Source: Hypanus sabinus (taxonomy: Eukaryota). Taken from it: 64,000 nt of DNA. The position numbers were made by a program, and so were the translations under genes. Below, piece by piece: positions 1 to 13,260 of this stretch. The notes beneath the pieces were generated by a model. The model saw only the letters and a list, made by a program, of their open reading frames with translations, searched no databases and was not told the DNA's origin. The first letter of the stretch is position 1, and each line of letters begins with the position of its first letter. The stretch is from NCBI RefSeq assembly GCF_030144855.1, contig NC_082714.1:59644001-59708000 (forward strand). Direction: 5' to 3'.

Positions 1-90
1 TGCGTTGAGGTCAAGAAGAATTAGAATGGCAGAGTCACCTGAGTCAGTAGAGAGGAGGAGATCATTGTACACTTTCAGCAGGGCAGACTC
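1..90 (-). mobile_element. L2-clade LINE, RT segment (continues beyond window start; split from 1768-3415 by a CR1 insertion)
   Basis: Minus-strand translation ESALLKVYNDLLLSTDSGDSAILILLDLNA is an L2-type RT region; it joins in frame to ...FQVGFKAYHSIE at ~1770-1810. Confidence 0.9.
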
Positions 91-1767
91 AATAGACAAT
101 AGGTGCAGGAGTAGGCCATTCGGCCCCTCGAGCCAGCACCACCATTCAATGTGATCATGGCTGATCATCCACAATCAGAACTCCGTTCCTGCCCTCTCCC
201 CATATCCCTTGACTCCACTATCTTTAAGAGCTCTGTCTAACTCTTTCTTGAAAGCATCCAGAGAATGGCCTCCACTGCCTTCTGGGGCAGAGCTATTCCT
301 TAGATCCACAACTCTCTGGGTGAAAAAGTTTTTCCTGAACTCCGTTCTTAAATGGCCTACCCCTTATTCTTAAACTGTGGCCTCTGGTTCTGGACTTCCC
401 CAACATCGGGAACATGTTTCCTGTCTCTAGAGTGTCCAATCCCTTAATAATCTTATATGTTTCAATCAGATCCCCTCTCATCCTTCTAAATTCCAGTGTA
501 TACAAGCCCAGTTGCTCCAATCTTTCAACATATGACAGTCCCGCCATCCTGGGAATTAACCTTGTGAACCTATGTTGCACTCCCTCAATAGCAAGAATGT
601 CCTTCCTCAAATTTGGAGACCAAAACTGAACACAATACTCCAGGTGTGGTCTCACCAGGGCCCTGTACAACTGCAGAAGGACCTCTTTGCTCCTATACAC
701 AACTCCCCTTGTTATGAAGGCCAACATGCCATTAGCTTTCTTCACTGCCTGTTGTACCTGCATACTTACTTTCAGTGACTGATGTACAAGAACACCTAGA
801 TCTCATTGTACATCCCCTTTTCCTATCTTGGCACCATTCAGATAGTAATCTGCCTTCCTGTTCTTGCCACCAAAGTGGAAAACCTCACATTTATCCACAT
901 TAAACTGCATCTGCCATGCATCTGCCCACTCATCCAACCTGTCCAAGTCACCCTGCATTCTCCTAACATCCTCCTCATATTTCACACTGCCACCCAGCTT
1001 TGTGTCATCTGAACATTTGCTAATATTACCTTTAATTCCTTCACCTAAATCATTAATGTATATTGTAAATAGCTGTGGTCCCAGCACTGAGCCTTGCGGT
1101 ACACCACTAGTCACTGCCTGCCATTTTGAAAAGGACTCGTTAATGCCTACTCTTTGTTTCCTGTCTGCCAACCAATTTTCTATCCATGTTAATGGCCTAC
1201 CCCAATACAATGTGCTCAAATTTTGCCCACCAATCTCCTATGTGGGACCTTATCAAAGGCTTTCTGAAAGTCCAGGTACACTACATCCACTGACTCTCCC
1301 TTGTCCATTTTCCTAGTTACATCCTCAAAAAATTCCAGATGATTAGTCAAGCATGATTTCTCTTTCGTAAATCCATGCTGACTCAGACCAGTCCTGTTAC
1401 TGCTATCCAAATGTGCTGCTGTTTCATCTTTTATAATTGACTCCAGCATTTTCCCCACTGCTGATGTCAGGCTAACTGGTCTATAATTCCCTGTTTTCTC
1501 TCTCCCTCCTTTCTTAAAAAGTGGGGTTACATTAGCTATCCTTCAATCCTCAGAAACTGATCCTGAATCTATAGAAGATTGGAAAATGATTACCAAAGCA
1601 TCCACGATTTCTAGAGCCACCTCCTTAAGTACCCTGGGATGCAGACCATCAGGCCCTGGGGATTTATCAGCCTTCAGTTCCATCAGTCTACCCAACACCA
1701 TCTTCTGCCTAATGTGAATTTCCTTGTTCCTCCGTTACCCTAGGTCTTCTGGCAACTGTTACATCTG
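91..1767 (-). mobile_element. CR1 LINE, 5'-truncated, RT and 3' end, with 5-bp TSD GACTC
   Basis: ORFs 1216-1458, 803-1219 and 293-763 carry QHGF..KSCLTN, YLDFQKAFDKVPH, GVPQGSVLGP, LVRPHLEYCVQFWSP; CTATTGT-type tail at ~91-102; GACTC at 86-90 and 1768-1772. Confidence 0.95.
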
Positions 1768-3415
1768 GACTCTATGCTATGATAAGCCTTAAAACCTACC
1801 TGAAATATTTCCAAGATGTCATTTTGGTGTAGGTAGGGCAGCAATTGACTAAGAATAATCTTTTCGAGAACCTTTGACAGGAATGGAAGTTTAGAAATGG
1901 GTCTGTAGTTACTGGGTAAGGTAGGGTCTAAGTTGGGTTTTTTTCAGGAGGGGCTGGACCACGGCACGCTTGAAGCAGATTGGAATGGCACCAGTGGCCA
2001 GGGAACTGTTAATAATAGAGAGGATGCTGGGACCGGCTATGCCAAAGACATCCTTCAGGAGGGCAGTGGGGACAATGTCAAGTGGGCAAGTTGCAGGTTT
2101 CATGGTAAAGAAGGGAAGTGTTTATGGGTGGGAAGCAGTCAGACCAGTGAGACAGCTAGGTCATGGGTGGGGGGTATGTTCATTCTAATGTCCTCAACTT
2201 TGCTAATGAAGAATTAAAAAAATTCTGAACTAATACTTAACAGGACAAATGACAGAATTTATGGTACTGAATAAGACCTTGGGATTATGAGAGTTGTTAG
2301 AAATTAGGTCAGAAAAGTATCTTGCACTCGCAGCCTTAACTGCATCCTGATATTTGTGAAGATTGTTTCTCAAAATTTCGAAGGAAATTTGAAGCTTATC
2401 ATGCTTCCACTTTCGTTCGGATATTCTGCACACCGTTCTCAGGGCTCTGGTGGTGTCACTAAGCCAAGGCAGACATTAGGCTTAAGCTTTTTGAATTTAA
2501 GGGGAGCAACAGTATTCAGAATAGAAGAGCAGGTGGTATTAAATAAGAAAGTGAGTTCCTCAGTGCTGAGATGAGGAGAAGAAGCCTCAATGGTGCAGGT
2601 ATTAGGAGCAGCTATGAGAGCCTCAGAAGACTTATTGGTAGTCGAAGAGTTAATGTTATGAGAGCAACATTCAGGAAGATGAAATTTAATAGGGGAAAAA
2701 GGCAGAGATGCATCAAACATAACAACACTATGATCTGACAGACAAGCATCAATTATTTCCACAATGCAGATCGGAAAACCAGACGCTAAGACCAGGTCAA
2801 GTGTATGGCCTAGCATGTGAGTGGGTCCGGTGATAAGCAAAGCAAGATTAAAAGACTCAAGCAGATGTATAAAATCACTTACGAGAGGCTTAGCGGGACA
2901 GCAAACATGAATATTAAAGTCACCAAGAATCAGAACTTGATCAAAGTTGGGCATAGTATTTGAGAGGAAGTCCGCAAATTGAATGATAAAATCTTTATGT
3001 ATTTTTGGTGGACGATACGCAAGAGCAATTAAGAGGGGATTGACCAGGCCCACTTTAATTAATTGTACCTCAAAGCTGGGGAAATAATCAGAGTTCAGTA
3101 GATGGCAATTATAATGTTTCTTAAACACAGTAGCTAGACCCCCTCCATGTCTGGAGGGTCTAGGCATGCTAAAAAAGTTACAGTCATCTGGACAGAGTTC
3201 AACAAGTGCAGCAAGCTCTCCAGTGCTTAACCAGGTTTCCATCACCAGTAAGAAATCCAATCTTTGGACGGTGAAAAAGTCATTGAGAATGAAAGTCTTA
3301 TTGGATAAGGATCTCGTGTTGATCAGAGCCACTTTGACTGGGATAGCAGTATAATCTGACAATGGCTCCCTCGCCAGAGGGCGGAGGTTCTGTTACAGCA
3401 ATCAACGTGCGCTCC
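1768..3415 (-). mobile_element. L2-clade LINE ORF2: APE endonuclease and N-terminal RT region, degenerate
   Basis: ORF 2439-3362 has LINTRSL, METWL, YRPP, GDFNIH, PTHMLGHTLDLV, SDH; 1909-2103 has TCPLDIVPTALLK...FKRAVVQPLLKK. Confidence 0.93.
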
Positions 3416-6062
3416 ATCCAACATTCCCTCCAATACCTAACAATGTTCCCTGCAACAGCCAACAAAATGCCCTGCAACACTCAACAACAACCCCTCCAAC
3501 ACCCAGTAATGAGGACTCTAACACTCACCTAACTGCACTAGAGCACCCAACGTGCCTTCCAACATTTAACGTGCCTCTCCACATCCAACGTCGTGCCCCA
3601 AGCACCCAACATTTCCCACGACACCCCACAACCTGCTCTCTAACACCAATCAATGTGTCCTCCATCCAATGTTCCCCCCAACACTCAGCAACATTCCTGC
3701 AACAATCAACAAAATGCCCTGCAACACCCAGCATTGTGCAATCCAGCACCCAACAACCTGCCCTCCAACATTCCATGTGCCCGCCAACATCCAGTGTGCA
3801 CAGCAACGTGCACTCCAACACCCAACAACATGCCCTCAAACACTCAACGTTCCCTCCATAAACTCCCAACAATGTGCCGTCAAACACCCTACAATATGCC
3901 CTCCAACAGCAATCAATGGGCTCTCCATCCAACATTCCTTCCAACACCCAACAACGGTCCCTGAAACATGCAAAACTGCCCTCTAACACCCAAAAATGTT
4001 CCCTCCAACACCCAGCAACATTCCATCAAACAGCCAACAACGTGCTCTTCAACACCAAACAACGTATTCTTTTGCACCTAACAACATGCTCAGCAGCACC
4101 CAAAAACATGGTCCCCAACTGCCTACGTGCCCACCAAAACACACCAACAAGCCCTTGAACACCCAACGTTTTCTGCAGTACCCAGCATCCTGCCCTGCAA
4201 CACATAGCAGCGTATACTCTAACACCCAACAACGATCCCTTAACACTAAACAACGTACCTGCAAACAGCCAACAACATGCCCTTCAGTGACAACCAACAC
4301 CCTCTAACACCCAACAACGTCCTGTAACTCCTAAAAAAGTACTCGCCAACACCCAGCAATGTGTTCAGTAACACCCAACACCCATCAGTAGTCCCTCTAA
4401 CCCCCAACAACGTGTCCACCAACAAACAACAATGTTGCCCCAGCACCCAAAACATGCCATCCATCACCCAACAACCACAACATTCCCTCCAGCATTCAAC
4501 AACGTTCCCTCAAACATACAACAACATGCCCTCCAACACCCAACAGTTCCCTCAAACACCAATCTACATTTCAACAGCCAGCAACATGCCCTCCAACACC
4601 CATCAAGCCTTCAAACTCCCACCATCCCCGAACATCCATCATGCCCTGCATCACCCATCTAACTACACTCTAACACCCAAGAACATTACCTCTAACACCA
4701 AAGCAACGTTCCTTCTAACACCCAACAATGTGTGCTTCAGCATCCAATGTGCCCTGCAATACCCACCAATGTGCACGTCGACACGCAACAATGCATCATC
4801 AAGCACCCAAAATGCTCTCCAACACTGATCAACATACCCTCCAACACACAACAAAGTTCCCGGCAACACCCAACATATCCTCTAACACACAACGTGCCAT
4901 TAGACACCCTACAACATGATCTCCAACACCAATCCTCCATCCAATATTCCCAGACAACGTTCCCTCCAATACTCAACAATTTTCCCTGAAATATGCAAAA
5001 CATGCTCTCTAACACACAACTTTCCCTCCAACAGCCAATGTGCCCTCCAATATTAAACATGTCCTCCCTCGCACATCTAACTGCAGTTCAACACCCATTT
5101 AACTACATTCTAACACACAAGAACACAAAACATTTCCTTCAACACCCAACAAAGTTGCTTCAAGTAACAAAAAAAAATGATTGCTCCAACACAGGAGCAC
5201 CCAAGAACATTACCTCCACCACAGAAGAACGTGCCCTCCAACACCCAACAACATGCCCTCAAACACACAATGTTCCCTCCAACACTGAACAACATTCCCC
5301 GCAATATCTATAATGAGCCCACTAACATCCAATGATGAGCACTCTAACACCCATCTAACTGCACTCGAGCACCCAAAGTGCTATCCAACACCTACCAGCA
5401 TGCCCTCAATCATCCATCTAATTGCACCACAGCACCCACAACATTACCTCAAACGCCTAACAGTTCCCTCCTATGCTCAACAACATTCCCACAAACACCA
5501 AGTAAATTTCCCATCAACAACCAAGCAAGTGTCCTTATGCAACCAGTAACATTCTCCCCAACACCCAACATGCCCTCAAATTCCCAACACACCCTTCAAC
5601 ATCCAACATGTCCCCAATCACCCATTTATTGCACTCCAATACCTAAGAACATTACATCCAACACAAAACAACTTTCGTGCCAATACCCAACGACGTTCCC
5701 ACCAACACCCACCACATTCCCTCAAACACCAAACAACATGCCCTCCAACAGCCAGCAAGAGCCCCAACTTACCCAGCCAATTTCCTTCCAACACCCAACA
5801 TGCCCTTCAACATCCAAAATGAAGTTCATAATCCACTTAACTGCAACTCCAGCACCCACAATGTTCCCTCCAACATCCAATGATGTTCTTTCAAACTCAC
5901 AAAACGTTCCCTCCGACACTTGACAATGTCCCCTCAAACACCCAACGTGTCCTCCAATGCCCAACAATGTGTCATCCAACAATCAACAATGTGTCCCTCA
6001 ACATCGAACAACATGCCCTGCAACACTGAGCAACATTTCCTCCAACACTCATCTAACTGCAA

Positions 6063-6288
6063 TCCAACACCCAACAACATGCCCTCAAAACCAACAGCAT
6101 TCCCTCCAACACCCAACAACATGCCCTCAAAACCAACAGCATTCCCTCCAACACCCAACAACATGCCCTCAAAACCAACAGCATTCCCTCCAACACCCAA
6201 CAACATGCCCTCAAAACCAACAGCATTCCCTCCAACACCCAACAACATGCCCTCAAAACCAACAGCATTCCCTCCAACACCCAACAAC
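6063..6288. repeat. Perfect 42-bp tandem sub-array (~5.4 copies) within the satellite
   Basis: Unit TCCAACACCCAACAACATGCCCTCAAAACCAACAGCATTCCC repeated identically. Confidence 0.97.
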
Positions 6289-7421
6289 TTATGCCCAACA
6301 CCTATCTAACTGCTTTCCAACACCCAACTCTGTGCCTCCAATGAACAACCTTCAAACAGCCTGCTAACTGCACTCAAACACATAATGTGCCATCCAACAC
6401 TCAACAACATGCCCTGCAACAACCAGTAACGAGCCCTCTAACACCCACCTAATGGCACTCGAACACGCAAAATACCATCTAACATGCCCTGCAACAACTA
6501 GCAACATACACTCCAACACCCAACAACGTTCACAAATACCCAAGAACATGCCTTATAACACACAACATGCACTACTTCACCAAACATGCCCTCTAACCCC
6601 CAATGTGCCCTAAACCAGCCAGCAATGTGCTTTCCAACATCCAGCTACGTGCCCTCCAACACCAAACAACGCTCATTCCAACACCCAACAACATGCCCAG
6701 CAATACCCAACAACTGTCCATCCATTATCCAACAATGTGACCTCCGATACCCAACAGCATGCCTGCAACACCCAACAATTTGCAATCCAACACCAAGCAA
6801 CCTTCCAGTTAACACCTAACAACACGTCCTGCAACACCCAACAAAGTGCCTGCCAGCACCCAATAATGAACCCTCAAACACCTATCTAACTTCACTCAAA
6901 CACCCAACATACAATCCAGCATCTAACAACCTGCCCTCCAACAGCCAACAACCATCTAATTGGAAATACCACCATGCACTGCAGCAGGCAACAACGTTCC
7001 CTCTAACAGCGAACAAACTTCCCAAAAACACCCAAAATGCCTTCCATCACCCATCTAACTGCACTCCGACACACAAAAATGTTCCCTTCAACATCCAGCA
7101 AGGCATCCTACAAAACCCAACAACGTGTCCTCCAACATCTACCAACGTTCCCTTCAACATCCAACAAGGTGTCCTCCAAAACCCAACAACGTTCTCTCAA
7201 ACACACAACAGTGTGCCCTCCAACAGCCAGCACAGTCCCCTTAAACTACCAGCATCGTGCCCTCCATCACCCAACGATGGGCCCTCCAACACCCACTGAA
7301 CTGCACTCCAAAACCCAACACACCTTGCAACAATAATGTCTTCAAACACCCACCTAAATGCACTCAAACATCCAATGTGCCATCCACAGCCAACAACATG
7401 CCCTGCAACACCCAACAACGT

Positions 7422-7553
7422 TCCCTCCAACAATCAGTGACGTGTTCTCTAACACTCAACAACGTTCCCTCCAACATCCAATGACGTGTTCTCTAACACT
7501 CAACAATGTTCCCTCCAACATCCAATGACGTGTTCTCTAACACTCAACAACGT
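7422..7553. repeat. 44-bp tandem triplication within the satellite
   Basis: ttccctccaacatccaatgacgtgttctctaacactcaacaa(c/t)g, about 3 copies. Confidence 0.85.
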
Positions 7554-8601
7554 GCCCTGCAACACCCAACATGCCCGCCAAAATCCAACAACATATTCTC
7601 CAAAACCCAACAACGTTCTTCCATCACCCCCATAACATGCCATCTAACACCCGACAATGTTCCCTCCAATATCCAAAAAGGCTCCCACAACACCCAACGA
7701 CATGTCCTCCAACACCCAGGAACATGCTCTACACCACGCCACTACATGCAAAACCAAACATGCTCTCAAACATCCAACCAGCTGTCCATCACTCATCTAA
7801 CTGTACTAGAGCAACCATAATGTTCCCTCTAACACCCATCTAACTACCCTCCAACATCCAACACCAAACGATGTGCCCTGCAGCACACAACAAGCCTGCC
7901 AATATCCAGCAACGTGTCCTCCAACACCTAACAATGACCCTTCCACCACCCAACAGCATGCCTGCAATACCCAACAATGTTCAATCCAACACCCTGCAAC
8001 GTTCTATTAAACACCTAACAATATGCCCTGCAATCAATAATGAACCTTCACCTATCCAACTGTACTCAAACATCCAACGTGCCATCTGACTCCAAACAAC
8101 CTGCCCTCCAACATCGAACACACACCAATGTGTACTCCCAACACCCAACAATGTTCTGTGAAGCATCCAACGTGCCTTCCAAACTACACGTCTTCCAACA
8201 CCCAGCAATGATCCCTCCAAAACCTGATAACGATCCCTCCAACACCTATCTAACTGCCCTCAAACACTGAACAACATGCTCTCCAACATGCAACAATGTT
8301 CCCTCAACACCCAACAACATTCCTTAAAACACCAACAACATGCCCTCTAACAGCCGTCAACGTGTCATCCAACAGCCAGCAACCTGTCCTCCATTATCCA
8401 ACTATGTACCCGTCACCACCGAGCAACGTTCCATTAAACACCCAATAACATGCCCTGCAAAACCCAACAATGAGCCATCAATCACCCATCTAATTGTACT
8501 TGAACACACAACGTGCCATCCAACACCCAGCAACACGTCCTTTAGCATTCAATGTGCCTTCCAACATCCAACAACTTGCCCTGCAACACCCAATGTCCAC
8601 T

Positions 8602-10855
8602 CAGACTGACAGACATACTTTATTATTCCCAAGGGAAATTGAGTTTCGTTACAGTCGCACCAACCAAGAATAGTGTAGAAATATAAAACCTTAAATAATT
8701 AAATAATAATAAGTAAATTATGCTAAGTGGAAACCAGTCCAGGACCAGCCTATTGGCTCAGGGTGTCTGACACTCCAAGGGAGGAGTTGTAAAGTTTGAT
8801 GGCCACAGGCCGGAATGACTTCCTATGATGCTCAGTGTTACATCTCGGTGGAATGAGTCTCTGGCTGAATGTACTCCTGTGCCTAACCAGTACATTATGG
8901 AGTGGATGGGAGACATTGTCCAAGATGGTATGCAACTTGGACAGCAATCTCTTTTCAGACACCACCGTCAGAGAATCCAGTTCCACCCCCACAACATCAC
9001 TGGCCTTACGAATGAGTTTGTTGATTCTGTTGGTGTCTGCTACCCTCAGCCTGCTGCCCTAGCACAGAACAGCAAACATGATAGAACTGGCCACCATAGA
9101 ACATCCTCAGCATCATCCGGCAGATGTTAAAGGATCTCAGTCTCCTCAGGAAATAGAGGCGGCTCTGACCCTTCTTGTAGACAGCCTCAGTGTTCTTTGA
9201 CCAGTCCAGTTTATTGTCCATTCGTATCCCCAGGTATTTGTAATCCTCCACCATGTCCACACAGACCTCTTGGATGGAAACAGGGGTCATCGGTGCCTTA
9301 GCCCTCCTCAGGTCCACCACCAGCTCCTTAGTCTTTTTCACATTAAGCTGCAGATGATTCTGCTCACACCATGTGACAATGTTTCCCACCGTAGCCCTGT
9401 ACTCTGCCTCATCTCCCTTGCTGATGCATCCAACTATGGCAGAGTTATCAGAAAACTTCTGAAGATGGCAAGACTCTGTGCAGTAGTTGAAGTCCAAGGT
9501 GTAGATGGTGAAGAGAAAGGGAGACAGGACAGTCCCCTGTGGAGCCCCAGTGCTGCTGACGACTCTGTCTGACCCACAGTGTTGCAAGCACACACACTGT
9601 GGTCTGCCAGTCAGGTAATCAATAATCCATGACACCAGGGAAGCATCCAGCTGCATCTGTCAGCTTCTCACCCAGTAGAGCAGGGCAGATGGTGTTGAAC
9701 GCACTGGAGAAGTGAAAAAACATGACCCTCACAGTGCTCGCCAGCTTGTCCAGGTGGGTGTAGACACAATTCAGCAGGTAGACGATGGCATCCTCAACTC
9801 CTAGACGGGGCTGGTAGGGGTCTAAGTGTGGCCTAACCATAGGCCGGAGCTGTTCTAGAACAAGTCTCTCCAGGCTCTTCATGATATGGGAGGTCAATGC
9901 CACCGGTCTGTAGTCATTGGAGCCACTGGGGCGCGGCGTCTTCGGTACAGGAACGAGGCAGGACGTCTTCCACAGCACAGGAACCCTCTGGAGACTCAGC
10001 CTCAGGTTGAAGACATGGTGAAATACTCCACATAGCTGGGGGGCACAGGCTTTGAGCACCCTGGGCCTGCAGCCTTGCTCGGGTGGAGACGTTTCAGCTG
10101 TCTTCTCACCTGTTCAGCTGTGAAGCCCACCGTGGTGGTTTCAGGTGGGGGAGGGGTGTAGTCATGAGAGCAGGGTGGGGGGCTGTGAGTGGGGGTAGGA
10201 GGGGAGAGTGGAGTATGTGTTGGTTGGGGGCTGACAACAGATGAATCATGTGGGGGATGGGCAGGGGCCACAGTGTCAAATCTATTGAAGAACAGGTTAA
10301 GTTTGTTGGCTCTGTCCACTCTGCCTTCAGCTCCTCTGTTGCTGGTTTGCCGGAACCCAGTGATGGTCCTCATCCCACTCCAGACCTCTCTCATGTTGTC
10401 CTGCTGGAGTTTCCACTCAAGCTTCCTCCTATACCAGTCTTTAGCCTCCCTGATCTTGGCTTTCAGGTCCCTCTGTATTGTCCTCAGCCCCTCCCTATTT
10501 CCATCTCTAAACACCCTCTCTTTAGCATTCAGGATGTCCTTAATGTCCTTTGTTACCCATGGCTTGTTATTTGAATAACAAAGGACAGCTCTTGCCGGAA
10601 CATTGTCGTCCACACAGAAGTTGATGCAACCGGTGATGCACTCTGTGAGCCCACCAATGTCCTCTCCATGTGGTTCACAGAGTGCCTGCCAGTCTGTCAC
10701 CTCAAAACAACCCTGGAGTGCCTCATAAGCCTCCCCCGACCATTTCCTCACTGACCTCGAGGTTGCAGGTTTACTCTTCACCAGAGGCACGTAGCAGACT
10801 TTGAGATGCACCAGGTTGTGATCTGACCTTCCCAGTGGGGGAAGGGGAGAGGAGC
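8602..10855 (-). mobile_element. Rex1/Babar-clade LINE, 5'-truncated and frameshifted
   Basis: ORFs 10002-10811, 9619-10059, 9006-9656, 8750-8992 carry NNKPWVT, DYRPVALTSHIMK, GAPQGTVLSPFLF, KFSDN, KKGQSRLYFLRRL; AATAAAG plus a GTCT-type tail at ~8602-8623. Confidence 0.93.
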
Positions 10856-11556
10856 TCCAACAGTCATTGTGTCCTCAAGCTCCTAACATACCCTCCAACA
10901 TCCAACAATGCTCCCTCCAGCACCCAAAAAGGTCCCTCCAGCACCCACAACATTCCATCCAACACCCAACAATGTTCCCTCTGATACCCAAGAACATTGA
11001 CTCCAACACTCAACAAATTTCCCTCAAACTCCCAACAACATGCCCTCTAAAACCCAGTGTGTGCAAAAAAACCAGAATTGTGCCCTCCAACACTCAACTA
11101 CACGCTCTCCAACACCTAACAATGTGCACGCCAACTCCTAACAATGTATCATGCAGCACACAATATGTCCACCAACATGTGTGTCTTCCAACACCCAACA
11201 ACATGATCTCTGATACCCAACAGCAAAACCTAACAATGCTCCCTACAGTGCTGCACAAAGTGCCCTTGAACACCCAGCAACATTCCATTAAACACCTAAC
11301 AATACTCCCTGTAGTACCCAACAAAATCTCCTCCAGCACCTAATAATGAGCCCTCAAATACCTAACTGCACTTAACCTCACAACATGTCATCCCCAACAC
11401 CCAACAACATTCCCCCAACACTCATTTAAATGCCCTCCAGCATCCAAGAAAATGCCCTGCGACACCAGGCAAGGTGCCTTCCAACATCCATCTAACTGCA
11501 GTCATACACCCAATAACGTGCCTTCCAACATCCAACAACATATCCTCCAATATCCA

Positions 11557-13260
11557 TTTTCATTAATTTTCATCAGTTTTAATGATATCAATATCAATAC
11601 CAATTTTCATTTCTAAATCCTTTTTTATATTATTGATTCTAAAATTTCTTCATATATATGGCAGAATAAAAACCCTAGGTTAAGTAAGAAATATTTACAG
11701 AAATCAAAAAAGGAAGGTGGTTTGCCAATGCTGAATTTAAGATTCTATTATTGGGCAATTAATATTCGATATTTAACACCGTGGACACAAGATCTGGATG
11801 AAATTCAATGTCCACGATGGGTGAACCTTGAGCGTGAGCCTGTATAGGGGTTCTCATTGGCTTCTATCTTAGGGGCCTCGCTTCCCTTTGCACTTACAAA
11901 ACTGAATACACAATTGCCTAATCCAATAACTAAACATACAATATGAATATGGTTTCAATTTTGTAAATTTTTGGATTGAATAAATTTATCCTATCAAGTC
12001 CTATTATATCTATTTTTTAATTCCAACCATCCAGAACTGATCAAGCTTTTCTTTTATGGAGAATGAAGGGAGTAACATGGTTTTGTGACTTATTCATGGA
12101 TAACTGTCTCGTCTTTTGAAAAGTTGTCTAATAAGTATAATTTGCCTAGATCACATTTTTTTCAGATATTTACAGATTAGAAACCATTTGAGTATTATTT
12201 TACCTACTTTTCTGGTATCACATCAAACTGAAATTACAGAAAAAAGTTTAGGTTTAAACCCCTTTCAGAAGAGTGTAATAGCAATTATTTATGATCTGAT
12301 TACGGAAATACATCTAGGTACATCTGATAAAATTAAGAATGAATAGGAAAGAGAACTTCAGAAATGGGAGAAATGGGAGAAATGGGAGAAAATTCTCCAA
12401 CTAGTTAATACTTCTTCAATGAGTGCTAGACATGCTTTGATACAATTTAAGGTGGTTCATAGGGCCCATATGTCCAAGGATTATTTAGCTCATTTTTATT
12501 GCCATATAAATCCTGTCTGTGACAGATGTAACTCTGAAGTAGCTTCCTTGACACATATGTTCTGGTCTTGACCTCTTTTGTGAAAATATTGGAAAGATAT
12601 TTTTGATATTATTTCAGCAGTTTTGCATATTGATTTACAACCTCATCCAATTACTGCAATTTTTGGATTACCAGTGATGGACTGTAAGTCAATTATCCCC
12701 TTCAGCTTGCCGTTTGATTGCATTTGTTATGTTAATAGCCAGAAGATTCATTTTACTTAAATAGGAAGATTCTAATCCTCCTGCTACATTTCAATGGTTC
12801 CCCCGAATTATAACATATTTAAATTTGGAAAGAATTAGGAGTGCCACTATCAACCCTTTGGTTAAATTTGAAGAAACTTGGAGGCCATTTATTCAACATT
12901 TTCATATGATGTAAGCTGATCTTTTCCGAATCCTTCTCAATAACTTTTTGTTCATGTATAGAGGAGCAGAGTTAATGACAAATAACAATGTTAACTGATG
13001 AAACAAGGCAGCCCAGCTTTTGCTTTGTTTTTAATTTGTTTTTTTTTGTTAGTTTAGGGGGATTTTTTTCTCTCTTGTAAATATCTTTTTCCTTTGAATC
13101 TTTCTCATGTTACTAAGCGGTTGGGAGGTTTAGATTACACATGTTACTTGTAGTCTGTTTATGATACGTTAACGGTTATTAATGTAATCCCGATCTCTTT
13201 GTATTATTATCATTGTTATGTTTATCTATTTGAAACTCAATAAAAAAGATTGATAAAGGA
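11557..13260 (+). mobile_element. L1/Tx1-type LINE 3' fragment (ORF2 C-terminus with CCHC zinc finger, plus 3'UTR), 9-bp TSD CAATATCCA
   Basis: Manual translation gives YIWQNKNPRLSKKYLQKSKKEGGLPMLNLRFYYWA (from 11641) and QFKVVHRAHM...CDRCNSEVASLTHMFWS* (~12440-12570); AATAAA at ~13239; TSD at 11548-11556 and 13261-13269. Confidence 0.92.
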
